Shown here in pieces: positions 10,358 through 20,532 of a stretch of 64,000 bases of DNA. This DNA is from Opitutales bacterium (lineage in GTDB: Bacteria > Verrucomicrobiota > Verrucomicrobiia > Opitutales > PNEW01), in the NCBI GenBank assembly GCA_965197745.1, contig CBDANS010000007.1, positions 320,001 through 384,000 on the forward strand, given 5' to 3'. A model generated the notes under the pieces. The model had not been told where the DNA came from. It saw nothing but the letters and a program-made list of their open reading frames with translations, and ran no database searches. The translations under genes were made by a program, and so were the position numbers. How positions within the stretch are numbered: position 1 is the stretch's first letter; every line of letters begins with the position of its first letter.

Positions 10358-11062
10358 GGGAAAAAATATATCATCCAATAAGTTAAAGATGCTCAATTTA
10401 GTTGCTGAAAATATCTGGGAAATTAACCATCCCTTAAAATTGGCCGGTATGAACTTAGGTCATCGGATGACGGTCATCCGGTTAAGAAATGGTGATCTCT
10501 TTATCCATTCACCGGCGCCTCTCGAAGACGCGCTATTCAGTGAATTAAATTCATTGGGTAAGGTAAGTGCGATTGTTGCCCCCAGTCGAATGCATGATCT
10601 TTATCTGAGACTTTACTTTGAAAAATATCCGAACGCGCAATTTTATTGTGCGCCTGGCCTGGCCGAAGAACATCCTCAATTGCCCTTCACGGCCACTTTA
10701 TCATCAGAAAAGAATTATTTCTGGAATAAAGAAATTCAACAATTGCTCGTTCATGGGATGCCGAGAGTCAACGAGGTTGTCTTTCTGCACCGTTCAAGTG
10801 GCAGCCTGATCGTAGCTGACCTCTTGTTTAATTTAGGGAGAAACTGTTCATTTATCACAAAATGTTACCTCCTATTAGCCGGTGCATATCGAAAAGTCAC
10901 CCCCACCAGGCTTTTCAGGTTATTAATAAAAGATCGGAAAGCGATGAAAACATCGATTGGGTAGTGTCTCAGTTTGATATAAAGAAAAAGAAAAGAAAAT
11001 TTGACAAAAATACTATTTTGACAAATTTATATAAAAATATCTTTTTTGCAAAAAATGAAATA

Positions 11063-11284
11063 ATGCCAAAAGGACCAAAAGGACAAAAACGGCCTGCGGA
11101 CGTGATTGGCAATGCTGTAACAGTTGCAAAAATCGCAACGGGTGAAATAGAGGAAACCTGTTACAAACAACCAGCAAAGCGCAATGGTGGTTTAATAGGC
11201 GGTAAAGCACGTGCTGAATCATTAACGCGTGAGCAAAGAACTAAGATTGCTAAGAAAGCCGCCGCGAAAAGATGGGGAAAGTAA
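11063..11284 (+). CDS. Small basic IS-associated protein (putative nucleic-acid binding)
   Basis: MPKGPKGQKRPADVIGNAVTVAKIATGEIEE...GGKARAESLTREQRTKIAKKAAAKRWGK. Confidence 0.8.
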   Translation: MPKGPKGQKRPADVIGNAVTVAKIATGEIEETCYKQPAKRNGGLIGGKARAESLTREQRTKIAKKAAAKRWGK

Positions 11285-11317
11285 ATTAACTTTCCTAACC
11301 TAAAGTAGCCAACAATT

Positions 11318-11710
11318 ATGGCTGAAACAAATGATAAACCAGAAGGACTGGCGGTTATAATATGCGATAATATCATTACAGATCCTTCAACGAACAAAAA
11401 GACATTATTTGGGCTATTTAATAATATCAATGCCCCTTCTTTTCCAGTCAATCTTCAGAAGATATGCATATTTGTCACGATATATAATGGTAATGGAAAA
11501 TATAATGCAAATTTTAAGATCATACATAGCGATGATAGTGAAGCTATTTACGAAGCAAAAGGCCCTGTTAAATTCGAAGACCCAAACCACGTCGTTGAAA
11601 TGGGATTTATAATTGAGGACTTAGTATTTCCAAAACCCGGAATTTATAGCATTGAATTTTATTGTGATGAAGAATTGATTTCTGACCGCCGATTTACAGT
11701 AAATAAATAA
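11318..11710 (+). CDS. Hypothetical passenger protein, DUF6941-like beta-rich domain
   Basis: IICDNIITD..NKKTLFGLFN..., FPKPGIYSIEFY. Confidence 0.6.
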   Translation: MAETNDKPEGLAVIICDNIITDPSTNKKTLFGLFNNINAPSFPVNLQKICIFVTIYNGNGKYNANFKIIHSDDSEAIYEAKGPVKFEDPNHVVEMGFIIEDLVFPKPGIYSIEFYCDEELISDRRFTVNK

Positions 11711-11738
11711 CAAAACAAATAAACAACTATAATTAATT

Positions 11739-11927
11739 ATGGCACAACATATTACAGAACAATTGCCCATATTTGAAGACAAGCCACCAAAGGTAATAGG
11801 GCGAGGTGGAGTTCTTAAGGTAGACTACTATGAATATGTCTCCAAATCTCCTTTGCCAAACTCAGAAGACTCAGATGATTTAACCTGTATAAAAAATCGT
11901 CAAGATCCGAAACGTTGGACAAAGTAG
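11739..11927 (+). CDS. Small hypothetical passenger protein
   Basis: 62-aa ATG ORF co-oriented inside the insertion. Confidence 0.4.
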   Translation: MAQHITEQLPIFEDKPPKVIGRGGVLKVDYYEYVSKSPLPNSEDSDDLTCIKNRQDPKRWTK

Positions 11928-12105
11928 TTCAAGACTTGGGAATTAATTATTCGTCGCGCCTGGCCTAGATAAGGCCGAAGACTTAGAATATTAGACATCC
12001 TCAAGGCTTTGCCCTTCACGAAGGCCATCTTTATCATCAGAAAAGAATTATTTCTGGAATAAAGAAATTCAACAATTGCTCGTTCATGGGATGCCGAGAG
12101 TCAAC

Positions 12106-12216
12106 GATGTAAAAGCTACGCGTGTTCAGTGTGATGAAATCTGGTCTTTTTGTTACGCTAAGGACAAAAATATTCCTACTGCTAAGGCCGCACCACAAGA
12201 CGCAGGCGATGTCTGG
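12106..12216 (+). pseudogene. IS1-family transposase fragment
   Basis: Translates DVKATRVQCDEIWSFCYAKDKNIPTAKAAPQDAGDVW, including the DE(I)W motif around the first catalytic Asp. Confidence 0.8.
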
Positions 12217-12588
12217 TGGCAGCCTGATCGTAGCTGACCTCTTGTTTTTAATTTAGGGAGAAACTGTTCATTTATCACAAAATGTTACCTCCTATTAGCC
12301 GGTGCATATCGAAAAGTCACCCCCACCAGGCTTTTCAGGTACGTATTCACAAGTTAAAGGTAAAAGATCGGAAAGCGATGAAAACATCGATTGAAATTAT
12401 GCTCCTCTGGGAGTTCGATCGCATTATCGTGGGGCACGGGGATATTGTTAATTCTTCCGGCAAGGATGCTTTGCGTAATGCTTACGCCTCGTTGTTGAAT
12501 AATGCGTGAGTTCGTCGATTGATACAGGGGCGAAACTCGGGTGAGCAGATGGCCACTTCTTGTTGCTACTCTTTACTTCTGTGGATAT

Positions 12589-14916
12589 TCACTTATCGGT
12601 GGCAGGTGATATTATTTTGTCTCGAAAAGCTTTAGCTGTGAGAACCATATTTTTGAGGGCCGGTTTGACCTCCTCCCATTGACGTGTTTTCAGTCCGCAG
12701 TCGGGATTGACCCAGATATTCTCTTTGGGGAGAACTTCTATCGCTTTTTGCAGAAGATTGTCCATCTCCTGCACATCGGGAATCCGGGGTGAATGAATAT
12801 CATAAACACCAGGACCGATTTCATTAGGGTAATTGAATTTTGCAAAGACATCGAGCAATTCCATGTTAGAGCGGGAAGTTTCAATAGAAATGATGTCGGC
12901 ATCGAGATTGGCAATCGACTCAATAATATCATTAAACTCTGAATAGCACATATGGGTATGAATTTGTGTGTCATCGCGCACACCGCTCGAACAGAGACGA
13001 AAGGCTTTAACGGACCAGTCGAGGTAATAATGCCAATCCTCTCGCCGTAAAGGGAGACCCTCACGCAAAGCAGGTTCATCAATCTGAATGGCTGCAATAC
13101 CAGCTTTTTCCAGATCATTCACTTCGTCTCGAATCGCGAGGGCTATTTGTTTAGCGGTCTCTCCACGTGGTTGGTCATCACGGACAAAACTCCATTGTAA
13201 TATTGTTATGGGTCCGGTGAGCATTCCCTTCATGGGTTTATTCGTTAACGATTGCGCATAACTCGACCATCGCGTCGTCATCGGAGTAGGACGTGAAACA
13301 TCGCCGAATATAATGGGTGGTTTTACATAACGTGATCCGTAACTCTGTACCCACCCGTTTTGGGTAAAAGTAAAACCTCCCAATCGTTCACCAAAATACT
13401 CCACCATATCATTGCGCTCGAATTCCCCATGGACCGGCATATCAATATCAATCTCATTCTGAAATTCGACGACATTCTTTATTTCGCTTTCAAGGAAGGT
13501 TTCATAATCCTCGGTTGAAATTTGGCCTTTTTTGTGTTTTGCGCGCATAGAACGGACTTCTTTAGTTTGTGGAAATGAGCCAATGACCGTCGTTGGGAAA
13601 ATTGGCAGGTTGATTTTATCATGTTGAACCTGCTGTCGTACTGGAAACGACGAATTTCTTTTTAAGTAGTCTTCGGTCACTGCGGCACATCGTTCTTTGA
13701 CTGCCGGATTGTGGATGCGCTTGCTCTCGCGTCTGGAGAAAATCGACTGTCGATTGGAAGCGATATAATTTTCATCACTTTGATTATCGAGTATTCTTGC
13801 CAGAGCGGTAACTTCGTTCAGTTTCTCTTCCGCGAATGAGAGCCAGCTTTTAAATTCATCGTCAAGATCATGCTCGTTTCTAAGCGTTATCGGTGAATGC
13901 AGAAGCGAACAGGAAGGTGCTATTATTAAACGTTCGTTGCCCACGACGGTGCGTGCTTTTTCAAGCAGTACCAACGAGTGTTCAAAATCGTTTTTCCAAA
14001 CGTTTCGTCCATTTATTACACCCAACGATAATAATTTATTTTCAGGATAGGCAGCTAGAACAGTATCTAATTCATCAAATGCGCGCACAGCGTCGATATG
14101 CAATGCGTCTGCCGGTAAATTGATAAAGGATTCCAGGTTATCGCACAATTTGCCGAAATAGGATGCCACCATAATTTTCAGTGTGGTTAATCCGGATGTA
14201 ATATTATCATAAATCATCTTCAGCGCCAGGCGTTGATCAGAGGTTAAATTAAGAGCAAGAACCGGTTCGTCTATCTCGACCCATTCTGCTCCCTGAGCTT
14301 CCAGCTTTTTTAATATCTCAATATATACGGGAATAAGTTTTTTAATAAGATCGATGAAGTCAGAATCGCAGCTGTTTTTCCCCTGAACCTTTCCCAAAAT
14401 CAAATAAGTTAATGGCCCGATGATGACAGGTTTCGTTTTTATTCCCAATTCCAACGCTTCCTGGAATTCATCAAAAAGTTTTTCCGATGAGAGCTTAAAG
14501 GCTGTATCCTTATTATATTCGGGTACGATATAATGGTAGTTGGTGTCGAACCATTTTGTCATTTCACATGCGTATGTGGATAAAGAGTCAGCCCTTTGTC
14601 CTTTACCGCGCGCTATTAAAAATCTTATGTCCAGATCTATCATCTCACCATTCCACTTAAAGCGGGGAGGGACGTTGCCCAGAAGACAACTCATATCGAG
14701 CATCCGGTCGTAAAAACTGAAGTCATTCGACGGGATTAAATCGATGCCCATTTCTTTTTGTTTCAGCCAGTTGGCTTTACGTATGGAAGCACCCGTTGCC
14801 TTGAGTTCAACTGCCTCTATCTTACCTCTCCAATAGGCTTCAGTAGCTTTTTTTAACTCACGCTTCTCTCCAATGCGGGGATAGCCGAGGTTTTGTGTCA
14901 GTACCTTATCTTTCAT
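12589..14916 (-). CDS. metE: Cobalamin-independent methionine synthase
   Basis: LGYPRIGEKRELK, EMTKWFDTNYHY, TTVIGSFPQT, HTHMCY, WVNPDCGLKTR. Confidence 0.97.
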   Translation of the reverse strand: MKDKVLTQNLGYPRIGEKRELKKATEAYWRGKIEAVELKATGASIRKANWLKQKEMGIDLIPSNDFSFYDRMLDMSCLLGNVPPRFKWNGEMIDLDIRFLIARGKGQRADSLSTYACEMTKWFDTNYHYIVPEYNKDTAFKLSSEKLFDEFQEALELGIKTKPVIIGPLTYLILGKVQGKNSCDSDFIDLIKKLIPVYIEILKKLEAQGAEWVEIDEPVLALNLTSDQRLALKMIYDNITSGLTTLKIMVASYFGKLCDNLESFINLPADALHIDAVRAFDELDTVLAAYPENKLLSLGVINGRNVWKNDFEHSLVLLEKARTVVGNERLIIAPSCSLLHSPITLRNEHDLDDEFKSWLSFAEEKLNEVTALARILDNQSDENYIASNRQSIFSRRESKRIHNPAVKERCAAVTEDYLKRNSSFPVRQQVQHDKINLPIFPTTVIGSFPQTKEVRSMRAKHKKGQISTEDYETFLESEIKNVVEFQNEIDIDMPVHGEFERNDMVEYFGERLGGFTFTQNGWVQSYGSRYVKPPIIFGDVSRPTPMTTRWSSYAQSLTNKPMKGMLTGPITILQWSFVRDDQPRGETAKQIALAIRDEVNDLEKAGIAAIQIDEPALREGLPLRREDWHYYLDWSVKAFRLCSSGVRDDTQIHTHMCYSEFNDIIESIANLDADIISIETSRSNMELLDVFAKFNYPNEIGPGVYDIHSPRIPDVQEMDNLLQKAIEVLPKENIWVNPDCGLKTRQWEEVKPALKNMVLTAKAFRDKIISPATDK

Positions 14917-15059
14917 ATCATCTTATAGTTATATATTGATATGTATATGAATCGACGATAGATGCCAATCAAAAAGTAACATAAAATACTCTATCGGTAA
15001 ATAACTGGAGGCTTTAGAGAAAGGGCCGCAATGAATCAGCCCTGAATGAAGGTACCGAT

Positions 15060-16658
15060 TCAGGACGGGTCCTGAGAGGTTTTAACCTCTATCACTTCCA
15101 CGTCATGAGGTGAAGCTTCTCGCTGTCCTGCGGGAGAGACTTTGATATAACGCGCTCGCTCTTTGAGCTCAGACAGATCCACCGCGCCCAGGTATCCCAT
15201 GCCTGACTGAATACCACCGACTATTTGAGTCATCAGTTTATCGAGCGAGTCGGTTACTTCCTTCAGTGCTTCAACACCTTCTGCTGCAACCTTGCGCGGC
15301 GGTTCATTTATGCTGTGTCCATAGCGTGCAACGGAGCCTGCCTTCATTGCCTCCAGGCTTCCCATACCGCGGTATTGCTTATAAATTTTTCCGTTTATCT
15401 CCATAATTTTTCCAGGAGCTTCACGACAACCGGCAAGGAGGGCTCCACAGATGACAGCATCGGCGAGGGTGAGCGCTTTCACGATATCTCCGGATTTAGT
15501 AATTCCGCCATCGGCAAGTATGGTTACACCCTGACTCGCAGCTTTGCGGGAAGCTACGTAAAGGGCGGTTAACTGGGGGACACCAACGCCGGTGACAACA
15601 CGCGTGGTGCAAATAGAACCGGGTCCTTGACCAATCTTGATCGCATCTGCTCCGGATTCGGCAAGAAAAGCAACTCCTTCAGCGCTGGTAATATTGCCGG
15701 CGATAATAGTCAGGTCCTTAAATACACTTCTGATCGTTCGCACCGCTTCGCCAACACCCTGGGAATGACCGTGAGCAGTCGAAATTGCCACCGCATCGAG
15801 ACCTTCGTCGACAAGGCTCCCAACGTGATCAATGATGCGGTCCTGGTCGATTTCGTCGACACCGGTTCGAGCGGCTGAGACAGCGGCGCCGCAAACTAAT
15901 CGGAAAGAACTATCCCGTGCAGGTTTACGGCGTGAATGGGCTTCCTGCATGATACGCTCTATATCGCTTAAAGTGAAGAGACCACGTAAACGGTTATTCT
16001 CGTCGACAACCAGTAACTTATGGATGCCCATGTGTTCGTTAAAAAATTTATCTGCCGCAGCGATGGGATCGTCAGCTATATCCTTCTCTAGAACAGTAAA
16101 GACCTGATCGCGTGGAGTCATAGCTTCATGCACCATTTTACTGCTATAGCGTTCCTTGACGACTAAGCCGGAGAGCAGGCCAACAAAAATGCCCTTATCA
16201 TCGACTACAGGGAAGGTGTGAAATTCGTATTTTTTCTCTTGAATTAAATTAAGGACATCACCGATGTGCTGATCCGGTATTATAGTGATGGGCTCCTGAA
16301 TCAGTCCGTGAATATGGTTTTTTACCCGCGCCACTTCTTTAACCTGCTGTTCTTTAGGCAGGTTGTAATGGATAAGGCCAAGCCCCCCCTGTTGTGCCAT
16401 TGCGATCGCCATGCTAGCTTCAGTTACCGTATCCATATCAGAAGATATGATAGGTATCTGCAGGGTTAAGGATTCTGAAATCTTCGTATCTAACCGAATA
16501 TCGCTTGGCGACAAAGTGGAAAAGCGAGAAGCCAGCGTTACATCGTCATAAGTAAGCCCATAGGGCAGTTGCAGGGGAAAAAACGTGTCAGCTGATTGGT
16601 AAAAAGCAGAGTCCGTCTCATCTACTACGGATTCGGTATCGCTATCTAGTATCGCCAT
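15060..16658 (-). CDS. guaB: IMP dehydrogenase (with CBS pair)
   Basis: [35 protein letters not shown]. Confidence 0.95.
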   Translation of the reverse strand: MAILDSDTESVVDETDSAFYQSADTFFPLQLPYGLTYDDVTLASRFSTLSPSDIRLDTKISESLTLQIPIISSDMDTVTEASMAIAMAQQGGLGLIHYNLPKEQQVKEVARVKNHIHGLIQEPITIIPDQHIGDVLNLIQEKKYEFHTFPVVDDKGIFVGLLSGLVVKERYSSKMVHEAMTPRDQVFTVLEKDIADDPIAAADKFFNEHMGIHKLLVVDENNRLRGLFTLSDIERIMQEAHSRRKPARDSSFRLVCGAAVSAARTGVDEIDQDRIIDHVGSLVDEGLDAVAISTAHGHSQGVGEAVRTIRSVFKDLTIIAGNITSAEGVAFLAESGADAIKIGQGPGSICTTRVVTGVGVPQLTALYVASRKAASQGVTILADGGITKSGDIVKALTLADAVICGALLAGCREAPGKIMEINGKIYKQYRGMGSLEAMKAGSVARYGHSINEPPRKVAAEGVEALKEVTDSLDKLMTQIVGGIQSGMGYLGAVDLSELKERARYIKVSPAGQREASPHDVEVIEVKTSQDPS

Positions 16659-16737
16659 GTTGAAAAATGTCAGAAATGTTTAGAAGAATCAAGTGTAAAT
16701 AATAGGGAGATTAATTTTAGGTGTTCTCGCTTTGCTC

Positions 16738-17748
16738 ATGGATTATCGTTTTGAATTTAAATTTTATCGCAGGCAATTCTGTCAAGAATTGGTAACCGGT
16801 CACGGAGGATGGAACATTCGCGAGGGCTTGCTTGTGCGATTGGAGGATGAAAGCAACGTGATTGGATACGGTGAGATCGCGCCTATGCCTTTGTTTGGCA
16901 GCGAGAGTATAGATGAAGCGGGTGATTATTGCCGTCATCTCAATGGCCGTATTAATGATTCTTCCATTGATTCGATGGACTATAACTTACCTGCTTGTCG
17001 CTTTGCCCTGGAAAGTGCGCGTGATACAATCCAGCGTGGAATTGGAAACAGCGAAAAGAGGGAGGTGCGGGTAGCAGCCTTACTGCCCCATGGTGAAAAT
17101 GGTTTAAAAAATTTAAAGAAATATTCTGAGCGGGGTTTTACTACTTACAAATGGAAAATGGGAGTGAATGAATTAGAAGATGAACAGTCCGTATTCGCAA
17201 GAATCGTCAAGGCCTTACCTGATAATGCCCGTATCCGCCTTGATGCGAATGGGGCGTTAACGGTTCGACAAGCCGAAGACTGGCTTAAGATCCTCGATGA
17301 TCACGACATCGAGTTCCTTGAGCAACCCCTTCCGCCATCGGAGATGAATTCCATGTATGAACTAACACGAAAGTATCGAACACCTATCGCGCTTGATGAA
17401 TCCGTGGCTACTTTCGAGAATCTTAAAAACACCGTTGACCGGGGGTGGCCAGGATTACTCATAGTCAAGCCATCGATCATGGGGTCCCTTACCGCATGGT
17501 ACACCTGGAGATCTCAATCTCATACTCCCGTGATATTTTCTTCAGTATTTGAAACCGCCATCGGTTTTCAGGCAGGACTTAAACTGGCCGCTGCCTGCGA
17601 GATGCAGGATTACGCTGCTGGATATGGAACTAACAGTTATTTTTTAGATGACGGGTTTTCCCTGCACGGAGACGGTCCCATCTTAAACGCCGATTTGTGC
17701 ACACTCGAAGATTTTGAAAAAATATGGAGACTGATTGGGAAAAATTAA
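16738..17748 (+). CDS. menC: o-succinylbenzoate synthase
   Basis: GYGEIAP, YKWK, RLDANG, EQP, IALDES; adjacent to a menE-like gene. Confidence 0.88.
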   Translation: MDYRFEFKFYRRQFCQELVTGHGGWNIREGLLVRLEDESNVIGYGEIAPMPLFGSESIDEAGDYCRHLNGRINDSSIDSMDYNLPACRFALESARDTIQRGIGNSEKREVRVAALLPHGENGLKNLKKYSERGFTTYKWKMGVNELEDEQSVFARIVKALPDNARIRLDANGALTVRQAEDWLKILDDHDIEFLEQPLPPSEMNSMYELTRKYRTPIALDESVATFENLKNTVDRGWPGLLIVKPSIMGSLTAWYTWRSQSHTPVIFSSVFETAIGFQAGLKLAAACEMQDYAAGYGTNSYFLDDGFSLHGDGPILNADLCTLEDFEKIWRLIGKN

Positions 17749-19061
17749 AGCAAAGCCTTAAGCGCAGAGGGTGGGATACCGATGTAATTGTTCATGAGAA
17801 ATTACATAATAATCAAGATCCTTCACCCCGTGTATTAATAGCTGAAAGTAATATAGAGAGATTCATCCCTTCTTTATTCAAGTATGCCATGAAGGGAAGT
17901 CATATTTTTCTTGGTAACCCCAAATGGGGAAGCGATCGCTGGCGCGAAGCAATCACACTGGTCAATCCGCATCTCTGCATTGGGGATATACCGAATGAAG
18001 GGGTAATCGATTATAAACAGAACGAGGATTTGGAAGCCTTATATTCAGAAGATGGACCGCTTCTCATGATACCTACCGGGGGGAGTACCGCGGGTCTGCG
18101 TTTTACGATGCATGGATGGAAGCATTTCGTTATTTCGGTTCATGCCTTTCAAACGCATTTCGAGGCTATGAAAATCAACAATTGTTGTGTCCTGCCCCAT
18201 TACCATGCCGGTGGATTCATGCAAATTATGCGTTCAATCTTAACCGAGGGTTCTCTTGAATTTCCTTCCTGGTCAGGAATCAAGGAGGGGAGGTTTCCCG
18301 CCTTTGATCCTGCGGAATTTTTCATCTCTCTCGTGCCAACACAATTATGGCAGCTTCTTAGCCATACGCCTGCAGTCGACTGGCTGAAGCAATTTAATAC
18401 CGTGCTTCTCGGCGGCGGCGCTGTGAGTGAACAGGTGCTCGATAAAGCGCGATCTTCCCGCATCAGGCTGGCTCCCTCTTACGGTATGACAGAAACGGCC
18501 GCTATGGTCTCTGCCCTGAAGGCCAAGGATTTCCTCAATGGTAAAAGGGGTGTGGGCCGGCCCTTGCCTCACGCAAAAATAGCGATACGCGATGTTAGAG
18601 GGAATCCCGTAGAGCGAGGTAGCCCTGGGCGCATTATCGTAAAAACGAAAACACTCAGCCATGGTTATTATCCGGATATTAATTTGCCGGTGAGTGACGA
18701 ATTTAATACCGGAGACGAAGGTTATTTCGACGAAGAGGGTTGCCTGCATATCCTTGGTAGACTTGATCGCGTAATTATTACCGGAGGAGAAAAAGTGGAT
18801 CCTCTGGAAGTTGAAGCAGCAATGTTCGCTACCGGCCTGATCAGGGATGTTTGGGTTTTAGGACGGGCCGACCCTGAATGGGGGCAACGTGTCATTGTGG
18901 TCTATGTGCCCATTGATGAAGAAATAAGCGACGAATGTATAAAGACCCAATTACGCGATAAATTATCGTCACATCAAATGCCCAAATCATGGATTGCTCT
19001 CAAAGCTATTCCACGTAATGCCGCGGGAAAAATAGAAATCGATCAGATCGATTTATTTTAA
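17724..19061 (+). CDS. menE: o-succinylbenzoate--CoA ligase (AMP-binding)
   Basis: IPTGGST, SYGMTET, TGDEG, GRLDRVIITGGEKV. Confidence 0.85.
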   Translation: METDWEKLKQSLKRRGWDTDVIVHEKLHNNQDPSPRVLIAESNIERFIPSLFKYAMKGSHIFLGNPKWGSDRWREAITLVNPHLCIGDIPNEGVIDYKQNEDLEALYSEDGPLLMIPTGGSTAGLRFTMHGWKHFVISVHAFQTHFEAMKINNCCVLPHYHAGGFMQIMRSILTEGSLEFPSWSGIKEGRFPAFDPAEFFISLVPTQLWQLLSHTPAVDWLKQFNTVLLGGGAVSEQVLDKARSSRIRLAPSYGMTETAAMVSALKAKDFLNGKRGVGRPLPHAKIAIRDVRGNPVERGSPGRIIVKTKTLSHGYYPDINLPVSDEFNTGDEGYFDEEGCLHILGRLDRVIITGGEKVDPLEVEAAMFATGLIRDVWVLGRADPEWGQRVIVVYVPIDEEISDECIKTQLRDKLSSHQMPKSWIALKAIPRNAAGKIEIDQIDLF

Positions 19062-19143
19062 ATTGATAAATATTTTATCATAAATGATCATACTGTTATC
19101 ATACTGATATTGACTAATATTAAATAAAAAGCAGGAAGCAAAG

Positions 19144-20148
19144 ATGGATTATCGGAATTTCGGACGAACAGGGGTCAAAGTCAGTCCGATCTGTCTCGGG
19201 TGCATGATGTTTGGAGGGAAAACAAATCCCAAAGATTCATACACGATAATAGATCGGGCAATCGATGCGGGAATAAACATTCTGGATGTAGCCAATGTTT
19301 ACAATAGGGGGCGCAGTGAGGAGGTGACAGGTGAAGCGCTCAAACGTAACGGAAAGCGAGACCGTATTTTTCTAGGCACTAAGGTTCACGGCTCAATGGC
19401 TGACGACGACCCCAATGCCCAGGGTAACTCGCGTCGCCATATCATAGAACAGTGCGATGCCAGCCTTCGCCGCCTGCAGACCGATTATATTGATCTTTAC
19501 CAAATCCACCGGCCACAGCCGGTCACGCCTATCGACGAAACCCTGCGCGCTTTAGATGATCTCATTCATGCAGGTAAGGTCCGTTATATTGGCGCAAGTA
19601 CATTTGCGGCCTGGCAGTTTACAGAATCGCTGTGGGTGGCAAAAGAACTGGGATTAAACCGGTTTGTCTCTGAGCAGCCCCCCTATAACATACTGGATCG
19701 GCGTATTGAGCGTGAACTTTTACCCATGGCCCAGACTTATGGCGTTGCCGTTATTCCCTGGAGTCCCTTGGCAGGGGGCATGCTCACGGGTAAATATTCA
19801 AAAGAGTGGAAGGCGCCCGGTGTCGCCCGATATAATGAAGCGAAGCCTTTATGGAGCCAAAGACTTACCAACATGGGATTTGCCGCTGTTGAGGCGCTTA
19901 AACCGATTGCCGAAATGAAAGCGCGCCCTCTCTCACAATTATCACTCGCGTGGTGCGTGCAGCAACCGGGTGTGACCAGTCCTATTATCGGACCCCGCAC
20001 CATGGAGCAGCTCGAAGACAATCTGAAAGCTCTCGATTTGGCTATTACTGACGAAGACCGGAGAAGTATTGACGCTGTAGTGCCACCCGGACGCATGGTT
20101 TCCCCCTATTACGAGGCAGATTTTGGACCCCACCCGTTTGCCTTGTGA
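19144..20148 (+). CDS. Aldo/keto reductase
   Basis: LGCMMFG, DVANVY, SLRRLQTDYIDLYQIH, WSPLAGG. Confidence 0.93.
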   Translation: MDYRNFGRTGVKVSPICLGCMMFGGKTNPKDSYTIIDRAIDAGINILDVANVYNRGRSEEVTGEALKRNGKRDRIFLGTKVHGSMADDDPNAQGNSRRHIIEQCDASLRRLQTDYIDLYQIHRPQPVTPIDETLRALDDLIHAGKVRYIGASTFAAWQFTESLWVAKELGLNRFVSEQPPYNILDRRIERELLPMAQTYGVAVIPWSPLAGGMLTGKYSKEWKAPGVARYNEAKPLWSQRLTNMGFAAVEALKPIAEMKARPLSQLSLAWCVQQPGVTSPIIGPRTMEQLEDNLKALDLAITDEDRRSIDAVVPPGRMVSPYYEADFGPHPFAL

Positions 20149-20185
20149 TAGGTAATATCTACAATTGGAGTTAGTTACCAAAAAC

Positions 20186-20315
20186 CACCCCAGAGGGGTG
20201 TGACATACATAGCCCACAGCGCAAGCTGTGGGAGAATGGATAAGTGTAAATAATAAAAGCCCCAGCGGGGCGACACAGTATTTATTCGAACTGGATTGTG
20301 TCGCCTCGCTGGGGC
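20186..20315. repeat. Cluster of GC-rich palindromes (REP/MITE-like remnant)
   Basis: CACCCC-AGA-GGGGTG; CCCACAGC-GCAA-GCTGTGGG; 19-bp inverted repeat 20259-20277 / 20297-20315. Confidence 0.65.
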
Positions 20316-20532
20316 CAGGTTGTGTCGTTAAAGATTAATCTTTGGCACTGCTTACCCAGTCATGTTCCATTCAGCGATGGGTTGCTTATTAATAATTTGC
20401 TAAAAGAAATATTACAAGAATGGGGATGATGAAAATTAAGAAATATTCGATTCTACCCAAGATAGTTCTTTATCATCCGCTTTATCCTATTAATAGTATG
20501 AATACAAAAGTATCACTAATTAAAGAATACGG

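Larger units (their letters stand above)
10960..12393 (+). mobile_element. IS1-family-like element with passenger genes (one end visible, transposase fragmentary)
   Basis: Begins GGTAGTGTCTCAGTTTGA exactly at the host-gene break; AT-rich cargo; transposase fragment at 12106-12216; no second end seen. Confidence 0.7.
10389..12509 (+). pseudogene. DUF4336 (MBL-like) gene interrupted by an insertion after 10959; C-terminus resumes at about 12394
   Basis: RMTVIRL, IHSP, IVAPSRMHDL, EVVFLHRSSGSLIVADL in the 5' part; EIMLLWEFDRIIVGHG at 12393-12440; the junction catcgattg is present at both sides. Confidence 0.8.

Noticed and set aside
10862..11062. N-terminal half of the 140-aa ORF 10862-11284, and its twin start in ORF 12282-12509
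   Set aside because: Off-frame reading of the DUF4336 sequence and its duplicated copy; the real small gene starts at 11063
14917..15059. Cobalamin or SAM riboswitch upstream of metE
   Set aside because: Region is short and no conserved aptamer core was recognisable
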